A stretch of 64,000 nucleotides of DNA from NCBI GenBank assembly GCA_016748015.1, contig JAAOMT010000594.1, positions 186,001 through 250,000 of the forward strand, read 5' to 3'. The position numbers and the translations under genes were made by a program. The notes beneath the pieces were generated by a model that had not been told where the DNA came from, searched no databases, and saw only the letters and a program-made list of their open reading frames with translations. This document shows positions 12,612 to 24,150 of this stretch, piece by piece. Positions within the stretch are counted from its first letter, which is position 1. Each line of letters begins with the position of its first letter. Source of the DNA: Geosiphon pyriformis uo1 (Eukaryota; Fungi; Glomeromycota).

Positions 12612-15600
12612 ATGCAAACAAGGATAAAGGAAGAATACAAATACCAGCAGCAATACCAAAAAGAATACAGTTACCTAGTTGGAAGAAACACAGAATAAAA
12701 TCACCAACTGCTCCATCATATCACTACACATCTGGAAGCACCATCAACATTTCATTAGTGGATGTGTTCACATCAAACGCAACATCAACATTTGAAAGAT
12801 TTCAGTTCCAAAGCAAACAACAAAAAGAAGACTTACTAGGACCATATAGTACATATTTTGAAAAATTTAAATCACGATCCCCAACACTATCAGGAATTTG
12901 ATCACTGCTATTACAACCAGATTTCAGAACTGCTACTCCATGGGAATTATTAGAAGAAGAAGAAGAAAGAAGTAAAGATCAAGAATTCACTTATCAACAA
13001 CTGATTACTGAAAACCCGGAAGTTGAAACCCTGAATCTTCAAGCTCAGCAAAATCTAAATCTAGAAAATTTGAAAATCGAAACTCCAAATCATCAAAGGC
13101 AGAACAATTTAAACTCCGAATTAATTAATCAGCAAAACTTACCTCTGGTAATTGTCATCGATCAACCACCAATTAATCCAGTAGCTGAACCCATACAACA
13201 GCCATTTCAACTACCACCCCAACAACCAGTAGAACAACAACCACTTCAACAGCCACCACAACAATCCAACTTAGATCCAATGGCCTACACACCAATCGCA
13301 AAACTTGACAACTTTACCAGCGAAAAAGACGACATGCAAGTATGGCTAAATGATGTAGAGAAAGCCATCATTGCGAATGGATGGAATGACACCTGAGCAC
13401 TTCAAGCCATCCTATACTTTCTAAGAGACACCACAGATGTATGATATCAAAGTCTAGCAGTCAAACCCCAAACCTTCAATAACTTCAAGATAGAATTCGT
13501 AAGATATTTTAGCAACAATAATAGTATCAACAAGTTGGCCAACCTCTTTGTCACCATCAAACAAGGAGATACTGAAGCAGTTACCATTTACTTGGGATGC
13601 TTCCATAGAAACCTGTATCAGATCCAAGCAATTCAAGCTGACTATTTTACAGTGCCACAGATTTTGAACCAATTTATTAGAGATTTGCATAGTAACTTCC
13701 TCCAGTGAATATGCCCAATGCATCCAGTTGACCTCCCTACCACAGTTACACATGCCAGAGATTTTGAAGCAGCTGAGTTAGAAGCCAATTACGCCCAAGC
13801 AGTAAACCTAGTAATGAATGGATCATCTAAATTGGATTCCAAATTAAAGCAATTCAGTGAGTCAATTAATCAGAAATTAGAAGGATACTTAGCTGACAAT
13901 CGCGCTATATATCAACCACCACAATGATGCAATAATTCAGAAAACATGAATCGTTTCCAAAATCAATTATGTCTATCATCCTCGACAGCACTTAGTTCGT
14001 CGTGGCAGCCAGAAACGCGTGTCTGTTACAACTGTAGTAAACAAGACCATATTCGAGTTAATTGCCATACTTATAGCAACCAATAATCAGGAAATCAATA
14101 CAGAAATCCCAATCACCAGTTCCAAACTTCAAATTGTTATCCAAATCAAGATCAAGACCAATATCAAAATACTTACCTGCCAATGATGCAGCAACCAATC
14201 TATCAACTGCCAGTATATCAACCTCTAGTTTATCAACCACAGCCATCAGCAATTTATTAACAGCAGCCTCCAGTAATTTATCAGCTGCAGCCCCAAATAA
14301 TTTATCAGTCTCAACCATCAATTCAAACACCACTCCAAAACTCAGCTATGATGACATTAGGAAACTCAAGACCCAAAATTGCTTAAAATTGGAGATTGGC
14401 AATAGTTGTTCATCAACTGATCCCCAGCTCCTCTCACCAAAGCTCAAGATCCCATTCTCGGAATTTGGGTACAGGTGCCACCCAAAACCTGAATTCCCAA
14501 AACTATTTAAGTCTCCTGGTTACTCCAGAAAACACTACACCCAACAACCAGGAACTCGAACAAACACTTACCAGCAACATTCCACCTACCACAATCATGG
14601 AAGACAAATCTTTGAACACCATTTTTCTATTCAAATTCAAGGAACCGTCAACCACGCCATTATTCAGTAGAGCCGTACTGGAAGAAAACCCAATTACCAC
14701 CATGTACACTGATGTGAAAATTGATGGCCATCTCATCAAACTAATTCTTGACAGTGGTTCAGTAGACAGCATCATCACACAACAACTCATGGATCAATTA
14801 GGTCACTGAGTTGATTGAGCTGCCAGCACCAGAATTATCACAGCTGATGGAGCGACCAAGATTCCAATTGCAAAATCGATGACTTACCAATCGAAATTAA
14901 TGGCATCATAGTACCAATCAAAGTACTTATCATGGAAGCCACCCAATACCAAGCTCTAGTTGGTAATGACTGGCTGTCCAAGACGAATGCCACTCTGGAC
15001 TGGAATATACAAGAGCTTCAACTCAGCCAGAACAGGCAACACACGTGAGTACCAGCAATGTGTGGCCACTTCAAGACTACCAATACCATGGCACCACTAA
15101 TCGACTTTGAGGAAGAAAAACCAAAACCTACCTGGGAAGCCTACCAAGTGTCATGGGCTGATGAAAAGCACAATGAGCTGCCACCAATACTCTCTTGGAA
15201 TAACAACGGAAAAAGAAAACAAACAAACAAACTTATCTGGGAAACTGACAATCTGACTTGAACTGACAATAAACAAGAAGAAGCCTCAAGTTGAGAATGG
15301 AACAAAGATAAGGGAAAAGAAAAATAAAAGGAAGAAGGAATGCCACCAACCATCACTATTTATAATTCCTACACCCACCACACTCTACAACAATCCAATT
15401 ATCGATGGCCAAGACTTGTATGTGTCAATTGCGGCAAGAAACTGTTGTCAATGAGCGCATGCTATGATAACAATAAGAAATACCACACTGCAACAAAGTT
15501 TTACTGTCATCTATGCTTACTCAAACATTTTGGATGACCAAAGAGGCAAGGAAAATGGGATAACCAACCTTGTCTTGCTTGTGAGGAGACCCTGCTAGAT

Positions 15601-18600
15601 GAAGGGATGTAGAACGACATCCCAGAACATGGAGGAACATGCAACGTGTCATGTCAATACACAATTCTAATAAGCGACTGGATAAGGAAAGAAATCCCAA
15701 TAGAAGCAGCCTAGAAAAAAACCATGCAGCAACTGGACAGTTGTCCACATAATGATGACAAAATTTGGAGAATGGCAATTGCCAAAATAAAAGAAGCAAC
15801 ACCCGAAAAGATTAGAGAAATCAAGAACAATCCTTCAGAGCCCATAGAACTTGACTGGGACCCAGAACCAGTCATAAATCTTCTAGATCTGAAGCAATTC
15901 CATGAACATTACTAGGAATTAGCACCCACAAGGGAGGAACAGGTGCAACACTTGGAAGAAATAAACACCAGATTATGTAACCACTGTTTAATTCCATGTA
16001 ACTTTCAATATTGTGATGAGTGTGACCTCATCTACAATCCACCACCATGCATGATCTACACAATCCCCGATGAAAAGGAACCAATTAACAGCTGCACATC
16101 AGAATTGGAATTAGTTTACAATTCCAATTCAAACTTCGACAATAACAACAATGAAAACACCAGTTCCAGCTCTGCACAATGTGACAATGAAAATATCAAT
16201 GATTCAGACTCTGATTCTAACTACAAACAATACATTGCCCTACCAGACCTCTCCAAAGAACAGGAGTTGAAATAGTACAGTGACAATGGCAAAGACATCA
16301 TGCCAGAACAAGTGCATGATACTGATGCAGAGTTTGATCTAAGATATCCTGGAAAAAATGTTATCAAATTAAAACCACATTCACACACCTGCATTGATCT
16401 GAAAATAGTGCTGAAAATCCCAGCAACAACAATGGTTCAATTAGCATCCCAGAGTAGTTTAGCAAAAAGAGGGATTAATATAAGAGAAAGAATAATTGAC
16501 GTGGGATATATAAAAAATATCATTGCTATGTTATAAAATGACTCAGAAAAGGCCTATATAATAGAGCCAAATGAAAAGATAGCACAGGCAATATTCTTAC
16601 CATTGATTAAGATAGCTCAGTTAATACCAGTGGAAAATAAGGAAGAGTTAGGAATAACAGCAAAAGAGATACAGAGATTTGGGTCAACAGATAGAATAGA
16701 TGTACCAGTTAATATGGCAAAGAAAGAAATTGTTGGCCAAGGAGAAATTATCTCAACTGGTCAAGCTATTTCTATTCCACCATATAGCCAGTACATGCTA
16801 GCAATAGAAAAGAAGAAAAAGAAGCAAGAACAGATTTTTGAAGCTAAAGTAAACCTTTGTGAATCAGGAAAGATTGGGCTGATCAATCTCCACATACCAG
16901 CCAAAAGCTATAGCCACATAAAAATTCCCATCTACAACAATACTGGCAATATTATCAACATACCAGAAGGAACCACCATTGGATATTTAACCACAGAAAT
17001 AGAAGACCAACCACCAAACCCCATTCCAGACTTTCCACAATTTTGTAGATATGTCAACATCACATCACAAACAATCTATGGATAAGACGAATGTTATTTG
17101 CTCCAACCAAAACAATTGGAACAAATAAACATAGAAAACTTAGATCCACTCCAATGTATACAGCTCAAGATGTTGCTCAACAATTTTAATGACATCTTTG
17201 CCAGCGAAAATAAGTTTGGCCGAACTGACATCATTCAGCATCAGATCAAGACTGGAGATGCAATACCAATCAAACAAAGAGCATACAGAGTGCTGCCAGT
17301 CAGCCACGAGATCATTTGTCAAGAGATAAACCAAATGCTTGACAATAGGCTAATTCAATCATCAATGAGCCCATGGTTGTCACCAGTAGTACTTGTCTGT
17401 AAAAAAAATGAGAAAATCTGATTTTGTGTGGGCTACAAGAAACTCAACAGTGTAACTCATGGAGACAGCTATCTAACTCCACAAATACAGGAATTATTTG
17501 ATGCTTTTGGTGGAAACAAATGGTTCTCAACATTAGACTTGGATAGTGGTTATTGACAAGTAGCCATGAATCCAGCTGACAAAGAAAAAACAGCATTCAC
17601 CACTAGAGAAGGGAATTTCGAATTTGAAGTGATGTCATTTGGCTTAACCAATGCTTCAGCCACTTTCCAACAGCTAATAGAAATCATTTATACTGGCTTA
17701 TTGTGAAAATCAGTAGTTGTATACTTGGACAACACTAATGTATTCTCAAAAACATTTGATGATTATCTTCATCATCTTCAACAAGTATTCAAAAAACTAA
17801 GAAGAGCAAGACTAAAGTTAAATGCAACAAAGTGCTTCTTTGGCAAGACAGAACTAAAATTTTTGGGACACATAGTCAGCAAAGACAGCATCAAAATGAA
17901 TCCAGAGAAAATAGAAATAGTAAAAAACTTTCCAGTGCTGACCAATATGACAGAACTGAAATCATTCTTGGGATTTGCCAGTTATTATCAAAATTTTATC
18001 AAGAACTTCTCCAAGATAGTGCAGCCACTCAACCAACTGCAAAACAAAAATACAAAATATGAATGGACAGAAAGTCAACAAGAAGCTTTTGATATTCTGA
18101 AAAAAAAGCTCATTCAAGCTTTAGTACTGATCTATTCAGATCACAGCAAACCATTCATCATCACCACCAATACATCTGGCCAAGCATTGGGAGCAGTACT
18201 ATTTCAGAGAGGACCAGATGGCAGAGAACATCCAGTAGCATATGCCAGCCGAGGTCTAACACCAGCCGAAAAAAACTATGGAACACCAGAACAAGAACAC
18301 TTAGCAATCTATTGGGCAGTTATAAAGTGGAACAAATACTTGAGCCAAAAGTTTGATATATACACAGATCATAAAGGATTAACATCACTTCAAAAGCAAG
18401 AATGTAATGATGGCTACCAATTCAGATGGAAAATGGCACTCTTACAATATACTTATACTATACACTATAAGAAAGGAAAAGACAATGGAAATGCTGACAG
18501 TTTGTCACGAATAAGACAAATTTAAAAACATTTCAAACCCAAAAATATAACAAAAACCAGAACAATACCAACAAAAAATACAACAAAAGATGAACATACA

Positions 18601-19966
18601 AAAATATCAACAACTTCAACATTATATAACCACTCAATAGTTCAAGGAAAATTTATCTCAAATGGAACGAAAAAGTATCAAACAACAATTAAAATATTTT
18701 ATTACTCACCAAAATATACTTTATCGGAAAAATAGAAGGGATCCAGATCAACCAATCAGAGTAATTACAGAGCCAGAAAAAGAGACCATATTATTCAACA
18801 TGCACTCAAATCCAACAGCAAAACATTTTCACAAAGAAGCAACCATGGAAAGAACCAGAAAGAGATACTATTGGCCATCAATGTACCCAGACATCATTCA
18901 ATATGTTCAAAATTGTGATGCTTGTTAGCAAAGAGGAGGAACAAGACCCAGTGAATTATTAAGACCAATCAAAGTAGAACAATCATTCGACTGTATTGGA
19001 ATCAATTTAGTTGGACCATTGACAATCACCAGCAGAGGCAACAGATATATTGCAGTAGTCATGGATTACCTTACAAAATGGTCAAAAGCAAAGGCAATTC
19101 AAAGAGCGGATGCAGAATCCATTGCCGAATTCATCCATCAAGATTTAATTTGTTGACATGGATGTCCAAAGGAACTATTATCAGACCAAAGAACCCATTT
19201 TGTGAATAGAACATTAGCAGAACTAAGCCAAAAATTCGGAATTAAGAAACCATTATTATTACCATACCATCCACAAACCAACAGATTAGTTGAAAGATTT
19301 AATAGAACATTGTGTGAAGCAATAGCAAAACTCAGCCAAGAAAACCAGAATGAATGGGATTTGTTTATACCATCTATACTATTGGCTTATCAGACAATGA
19401 AACAAGACACTACACAAGCAACACCATTTGAATTAGTATACGATAGAACAGCAACACTACCAGTTGAGATAGAAATCAACACTTATTCAACAGAACCAAT
19501 AACTGTAGACAATTTTCAGGAAACATTACTAAGAAGAACATATGATTTGATGGAAACTCTAGAAAACAAGCGATGAAGAGCAGCTGATAACATTAAAAAG
19601 TCACAAGAAAAACAAAAGAGAAACATGATAACCAACTCCCAGACAAACCAGTTGAAGTCAAGATTGGAGACAAAGTACTTTTACATTGTACTAAAGCAGA
19701 AAAACAATAGAGTGGGAAATTTGATCCCAAATGGGACGGACCATTTCACATAGAAAAAATTCTAGGAATGGAGCTTACAAATTAAGACTGGACAACAAAA
19801 TCTTAGCCAAAACAGCACATGGTGATTGACTGAAACCATATCACTAGATAGCATTAGCATCTACCAATAACATTTCACAACTGGGAGTACAAAGAATACT
19901 AATCCAACCAGATGAAATTCCATGAGACTGGGAACCAATTATAATCATTAGACCAAACACGTAAAA
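12612..19966 (+). pseudogene. Gypsy gag(C-part)-pol pseudogene: capsid, CCHC knuckle, protease, Cys-rich domain, dUTPase, RT, RNase H, integrase
   Basis: CYNCSKQDHIRVNC, LILDSGS, DAEFDL..SQSSLAK..IIDVGY..IAQ..FGST, YLDN (decayed YLDD), TNTSG (TDASG), H..HF..CDAC, YHPQTNRLVERFNRTL, WDGPF. Many stops and frameshifts. Confidence 0.92.
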
Positions 19967-20091
19967 ATTAAACAACAAAAGAGTATATAAAGACATGGTT
20001 GACGCAACAAAAGATACCAGAAAAATGGAAATAACTGACAACATCCATTCACTAACACAACAACTTTTTCAAATTAATTCAACACCAAGAA

Positions 20092-20655
20092 ATGGAAATT
20101 ACAATCAATCAACAAACCATTTGTTACAAAAATATGGCAAAGATACCACAACACAAAGCACAGAAAAGACTTGAAAATGTTGTTGACAAGATCATGACCA
20201 AGATAAAATTGGCCATAAACAAACAACAAATAGTCAGATTATACCAAGATCTTATCAGAGAAACTTGGACTTGGTAGATACAACAATTTCTGAAAAACTA
20301 TTGTCATTTTTACTTGAAACAACATGTAAATATCCAGAATTTGTATACTGACAAAACAAAATGGTTATTTGACACAACAATACTGAGACAATTAGAACAA
20401 TTTGTGGAAAAGAACAATCTAATCACACAAGTTTGAGCCATCTACCAGCTATATATGGAATTTCAAGACCGACCAGAAATCTTACTCAACACAGCCATAG
20501 ATACAGTTATGAATAATCAATTAGGAAAAATGACCAATGCCCAATTTGAAGAACTACAAACTAAAATAACACAAGTTATACTCGAAAAAGAAGTTCAAGA
20601 AATAATTCAAGAAGGGGAATTAAAGGAATTAGATTTTGACGGAGCTCAATATTAA
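20092..20655 (+). pseudogene. ORF3 between integrase and PPT (unknown function; two internal stops)
   Basis: ORFs 20092..20277 and 20455..20655 are in the same frame. The C-terminus is homologous to 50541-50670 of element 2. Confidence 0.7.
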
Positions 20656-20668
20656 AAGGAGGGAATAA
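20654..20668 (+). promoter_or_regulatory. Polypurine tract of element 1
   Basis: AAAAGGAGGGAATAA immediately before the TG of LTR-B. Confidence 0.85.
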
Positions 20669-21514
20669 TGTTACTCATAGAATATAAGAAATATAGTATT
20701 ATTAGTCAGTAGATATTAGCCAATCAGATGGAGATGTAGTAAATGTGGAATTCCAGGATTCTTCTCAGAGAAATTGCAGGATTCCAGAAATTTCAGGATT
20801 TCCTGATGAGGAATTGCAGGATTCCAGAATTCCAGAATTTTTTTCATCAGAAATCGCAGAATTCCAGAGATTCTAGAATTCCTGTTACAAGGAATTGAAG
20901 AATTGAGGAATCTCAAATATGTATATATAGCAGTAGTGTTAGAAACAGAAAAGACAGAATTGATACCACAGAATCCTTAGCATAGAAACACAATTATCAA
21001 ATAAATAATTATTTCATATCTCAATCTACTCTTCACTATCAACACTTCATGTTGATAGTAATTAATACTTAACCACGCTGGAACAATAGCTCTTGATTAC
21101 AACTATTAACAAGATACCAATCTGCAAATTGCCTTGGCTTATTTCTTTAGATTTTTTTATTTTCTTTATTTTTTGTGATTTTGTTATTGTGCACTAACCA
21201 ATTGATTAAAAGCACTGATTACTGACATCAAGAATTGTCTGGTAAAAGATCCTGCGAGTGGGTAGGACACGTACAAAAAATACGGATTACTTACCAGAAG
21301 ATTGCTGGCTACCAAGCCGAGAAAAAAATTGACAGACTTGCGAGTCTGGGAAGCTACGGATAAAACAACTATTGAATCTCTGTCCATTATACAAAAGACT
21401 TCATCAAAACCTTTAGATACAATACTTTCAGAACATCATCAACAGAAATAGCTTTTGAACACCAAGTTATGGGTTTGTTATTTATTTCTCCACTAGAAAT
21501 AATCACCTGTAACA
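20669..21514 (+). repeat. LTR-B of element 1 (plus orientation)
   Basis: TGTTACTC...TGTAACA termini; reverse complement of LTR-A and LTR-C; TATATATAG at about 20923. Confidence 0.9.
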
Positions 21515-21825
21515 GCGTAGGTAATAGGGAATTGTTGCTGTATGTATCTTTCAATACTTTGATTGATCTCTCTGATAATTGGTGCAAAACTATAGTTCCT
21601 TGGTAAGCTGGTATGTTGAAACAGTTCCACATAAAAGTTTTCTCTGGCTGATTCAATGTTTACTGTTCCTCCTAAACAGTCAGTAATTTTATCGTTGACA
21701 TAGAAGTTAAAGACTGATTTGGCTGGGTAGTGATTATTGTTTAATTCTAATTGTTGGCTGTATTGTTGAAACAAAAATTTTGCGAATCCTAAATGGTTTG
21801 CTCTTATGTTTTCTGATTCTGTCAC
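21515..21825 (-). pseudogene. Gag N-terminus of element 1
   Basis: VTESENIRANHLGF...QQQFPITYA continues as ANKDKGRIQ at 12612 on the + strand. Homologous to 49493-49779. Confidence 0.85.
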
Positions 21826-21868
21826 TTTTGGTTTGGTGTTGTCAGTACTGGTTCTCTGTAGGATTATA

Positions 21869-21885
21869 CCTCACAGGGAGCACCA
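21869..21885 (-). promoter_or_regulatory. Primer-binding site TGGTGCTCCCTGTGAGG (probably elongator tRNA-Met)
   Basis: TGG start 2 nt after the LTR end. The tRNA assignment is from remembered 3' ends only. Confidence 0.75.
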
Positions 21886-21887
21886 AA

Positions 21888-22696
21888 TATTATAGTAAAT
21901 TATTTGGGGTTTCAAATCAAATAACAAACTCATAACTTGGTGCTTAAAAACTATTTCCATTGATGATGTTCTGAAAGTATTGTATCTGAAGGTTTTGATG
22001 AAGTCTTTTGTATAATGAACAGAGATTCAATAGTTGTTTTATCCATAGCTTCCCAGACTCGCAAGTCTGTCAATTTTTTTCTCGGCTTGGTGGCCAGCAA
22101 TCCTCTGGTAAGTAATCTGTATTTTCTGTACGTGTTCTACCCACTCGTAGGGGTCTTTTATCAGGCAATTTTTAATGTCAGTAATCAGCGCTTTTAATCA
22201 ATTGGTTAGTGCACAATAACAAAATCACAGAAAATAAAGAAAATAAAGAAATCTAAAGAAATAAGCCAAGGCAATTTGCAGATTAGTATCCTGTTAATAG
22301 TTGTGATCAAGAGCTATTGTTCCAGCGTGGTTAAGTATCAATTCCTATTAACATGAAGTGTTGATAGTGAAGAGTGGATTGAGATATGAAATAATTATTT
22401 ATTTGATGATTGTGTTTTTAGGCTAAAAATTCTGTGGTATCAATTCTGTTTTTTCTGTTTCTAATACTATTGCTATATATACATATTTGAGATTCCTCAA
22501 TTCCTCAATTCCTTGTGACAGAAATTCTGAAATTCCTAGAATCCTGCGATTCCTAATGAGAGGAATTCTGAAATTTCTGGAATCCTGCAATTCCTCTGAG
22601 AGGAATTCTGGAATTCCACATTTACTACATCTACCTTTAATTGGCTAATATTTACTGACTAATAATACTATATTTTCCTATATTCTATGAGTAACA
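21888..22696 (-). repeat. LTR-C (5' LTR) of element 1
   Basis: Direct repeat of LTR-A, lacking one ~39-bp U3 repeat unit; adjacent to the PBS. Confidence 0.9.
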
Positions 22697-23343
22697 CTAT
22701 ATAAACAATAAATCTCTTAGCTATAAAAAAACATGTAGAAATCAAGGAAATAAAATAAATAAAATAACAACTTTCATCTCAATCATTCTCTTATCACTAA
22801 ATTTCCTTTTCCTACCTTCAAGTATTCGAACATTTTGGGATAAAAAATTACTTGTTGGCATTTACTTACTCTTTTCCTAAAATGTGTAATTGCAGTATTT
22901 AAAGATTATTGAATAAAATGTAACTGAAAAGTACATCTGATACTTGATATTGAATTCTAAAAGTGCTGATGTGAGGCATAGAATTATACCAATATGTGAT
23001 TATTTGTTGACAGTATGAACTATTTCTCTATCTTCAAATTCTCTGGTTATTCTTAAAAAGTATAGCAACTGAGATATTTTATGAGACTGATCTTGCATAT
23101 TGAATCCATACTTATTTAATTTGCTCTTTGAAGTTAAAATCTCTTTGATTCCTTTTATCACTCTACAATCTTGTTCTCCTTTGCTATTCATTAGCTTGTT
23201 ACTTTAATTCGTAATACTGCTATTATAAAATAGTGTTTGCTGTTATTTGTAAATCATTTTTTTTTATAAATTGTTGCTGTGCTATTTCATAATTGGCTAA
23301 TTTATATTATTTATAATTTCTATTAAATTTTTGAACTATAACA

Positions 23344-23604
23344 CTAATAAAAAACCTGGAAATAAGAGTAAAAATATAAGAATAGCTTATCAGAAAGACA
23401 TAACTGTTATAATAAACTGGCCATTATATTAAAGAAAAAAATTCATGAAAGAAACCATTAATTAAATCTCTGTTCATTATACAAAAAACTTAACCAAAAT
23501 TTTCAGACTTCAAAACCTTCAGAAATTACTAACATTATCAGCTATTGAGTACCAAGTTATGAGTTTGTTATTTGTTCCAATATTTTAAATAATTATTTAT
23601 AACA
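23344..23604 (+). mobile_element. Right part (U5 end) of the old family-1-like LTR
   Basis: Similar to 49205-49428 and to the LTR-B end; terminates TATAACA. Confidence 0.65.
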
Positions 23605-24150
23605 AAACATAATAATAATGTCAAAAATAATTTGATTTCAGATATCATTAAAAAATAAACTAGTTTGCTAAATATCTGTGCTGTTAATTGTGTAGTAATT
23701 TATTTTTTTTATGAGGCTAGATTTTCTAATTGTATATACATATTATTAGTTAAAAATTTTGTAATAAAAAATTAAGTGATTAATATGGCAGAATTATTGA
23801 AAAACGAATTAAGTAATAGATCATTTATTATTAATTTAATTTGGTATTTTGCTAAAGATCACAGATCTGCCATAAAACTACTTACAACTAAATTAAAAGT
23901 ATATTATAAAAAACATAGTTTATTATTATGTGATAGATTTATGATTCCTGTTATAATTAGATTAGTTTCTGTATGATTCTATATAATAATTTACAATTTT
24001 GGCATCAATCTGAATATTCATGTTTGTTTTGGTCTTTATTCTTGTTTAACTAATATATAATTCAGTTTTTTGTGTAACTTTCTTGTAGTAAGTAATTTAG
24101 GTATATAGTGCTATTTTGATTGGTCCAAGTGGCTAATTACATATAAAAAA
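23605..24150 (+). mobile_element. Decayed LINE fragment, right part (C-terminus)
   Basis: Resumes the ..FLC-T/H-NNNV reading broken at 10245. ORF 23776..23976 (FAKDHRSAIKL..YYKKHSLL) parallels the C-terminus in 8739..9176. Confidence 0.55.

Larger units (their letters stand above)
11764..22696. mobile_element. Gypsy element 1: three LTRs, internally inverted, outer TSD CTAT
   Basis: TGTTACA..GAGTAACA termini. CTAT at 11760-11763 and 22697-22700. Contains gag, PR, dUTPase, RT, RH and IN pseudogene ORFs. Confidence 0.9.
10917..23343 (-). mobile_element. Family-2-like solo LTR (10917-11763 plus 22701-23343), split by Gypsy element 1; TSD CTAA
   Basis: Begins TGTTATAAG and aligns by eye to LTR 58523-59389. 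Ends ...GAACTATAACA. CTAA at 10913-10916 and 23344-23347. Confidence 0.7.

Noticed and set aside
14134-14670. Overlapping Ser/Thr-rich ORF as a second gene or programmed frameshift
   Set aside because: Alternate frame of the Gln/Pro-rich gag tail; element 2 reads gag to protease in one frame.
11764-21514. Long terminal inverted repeats suggesting a DIRS, Polinton or DNA transposon
   Set aside because: The repeats are TG..CA LTRs with PBS, PPT and a DDE integrase. There is no tyrosine recombinase or transposase, and the third LTR and split gag explain the geometry.
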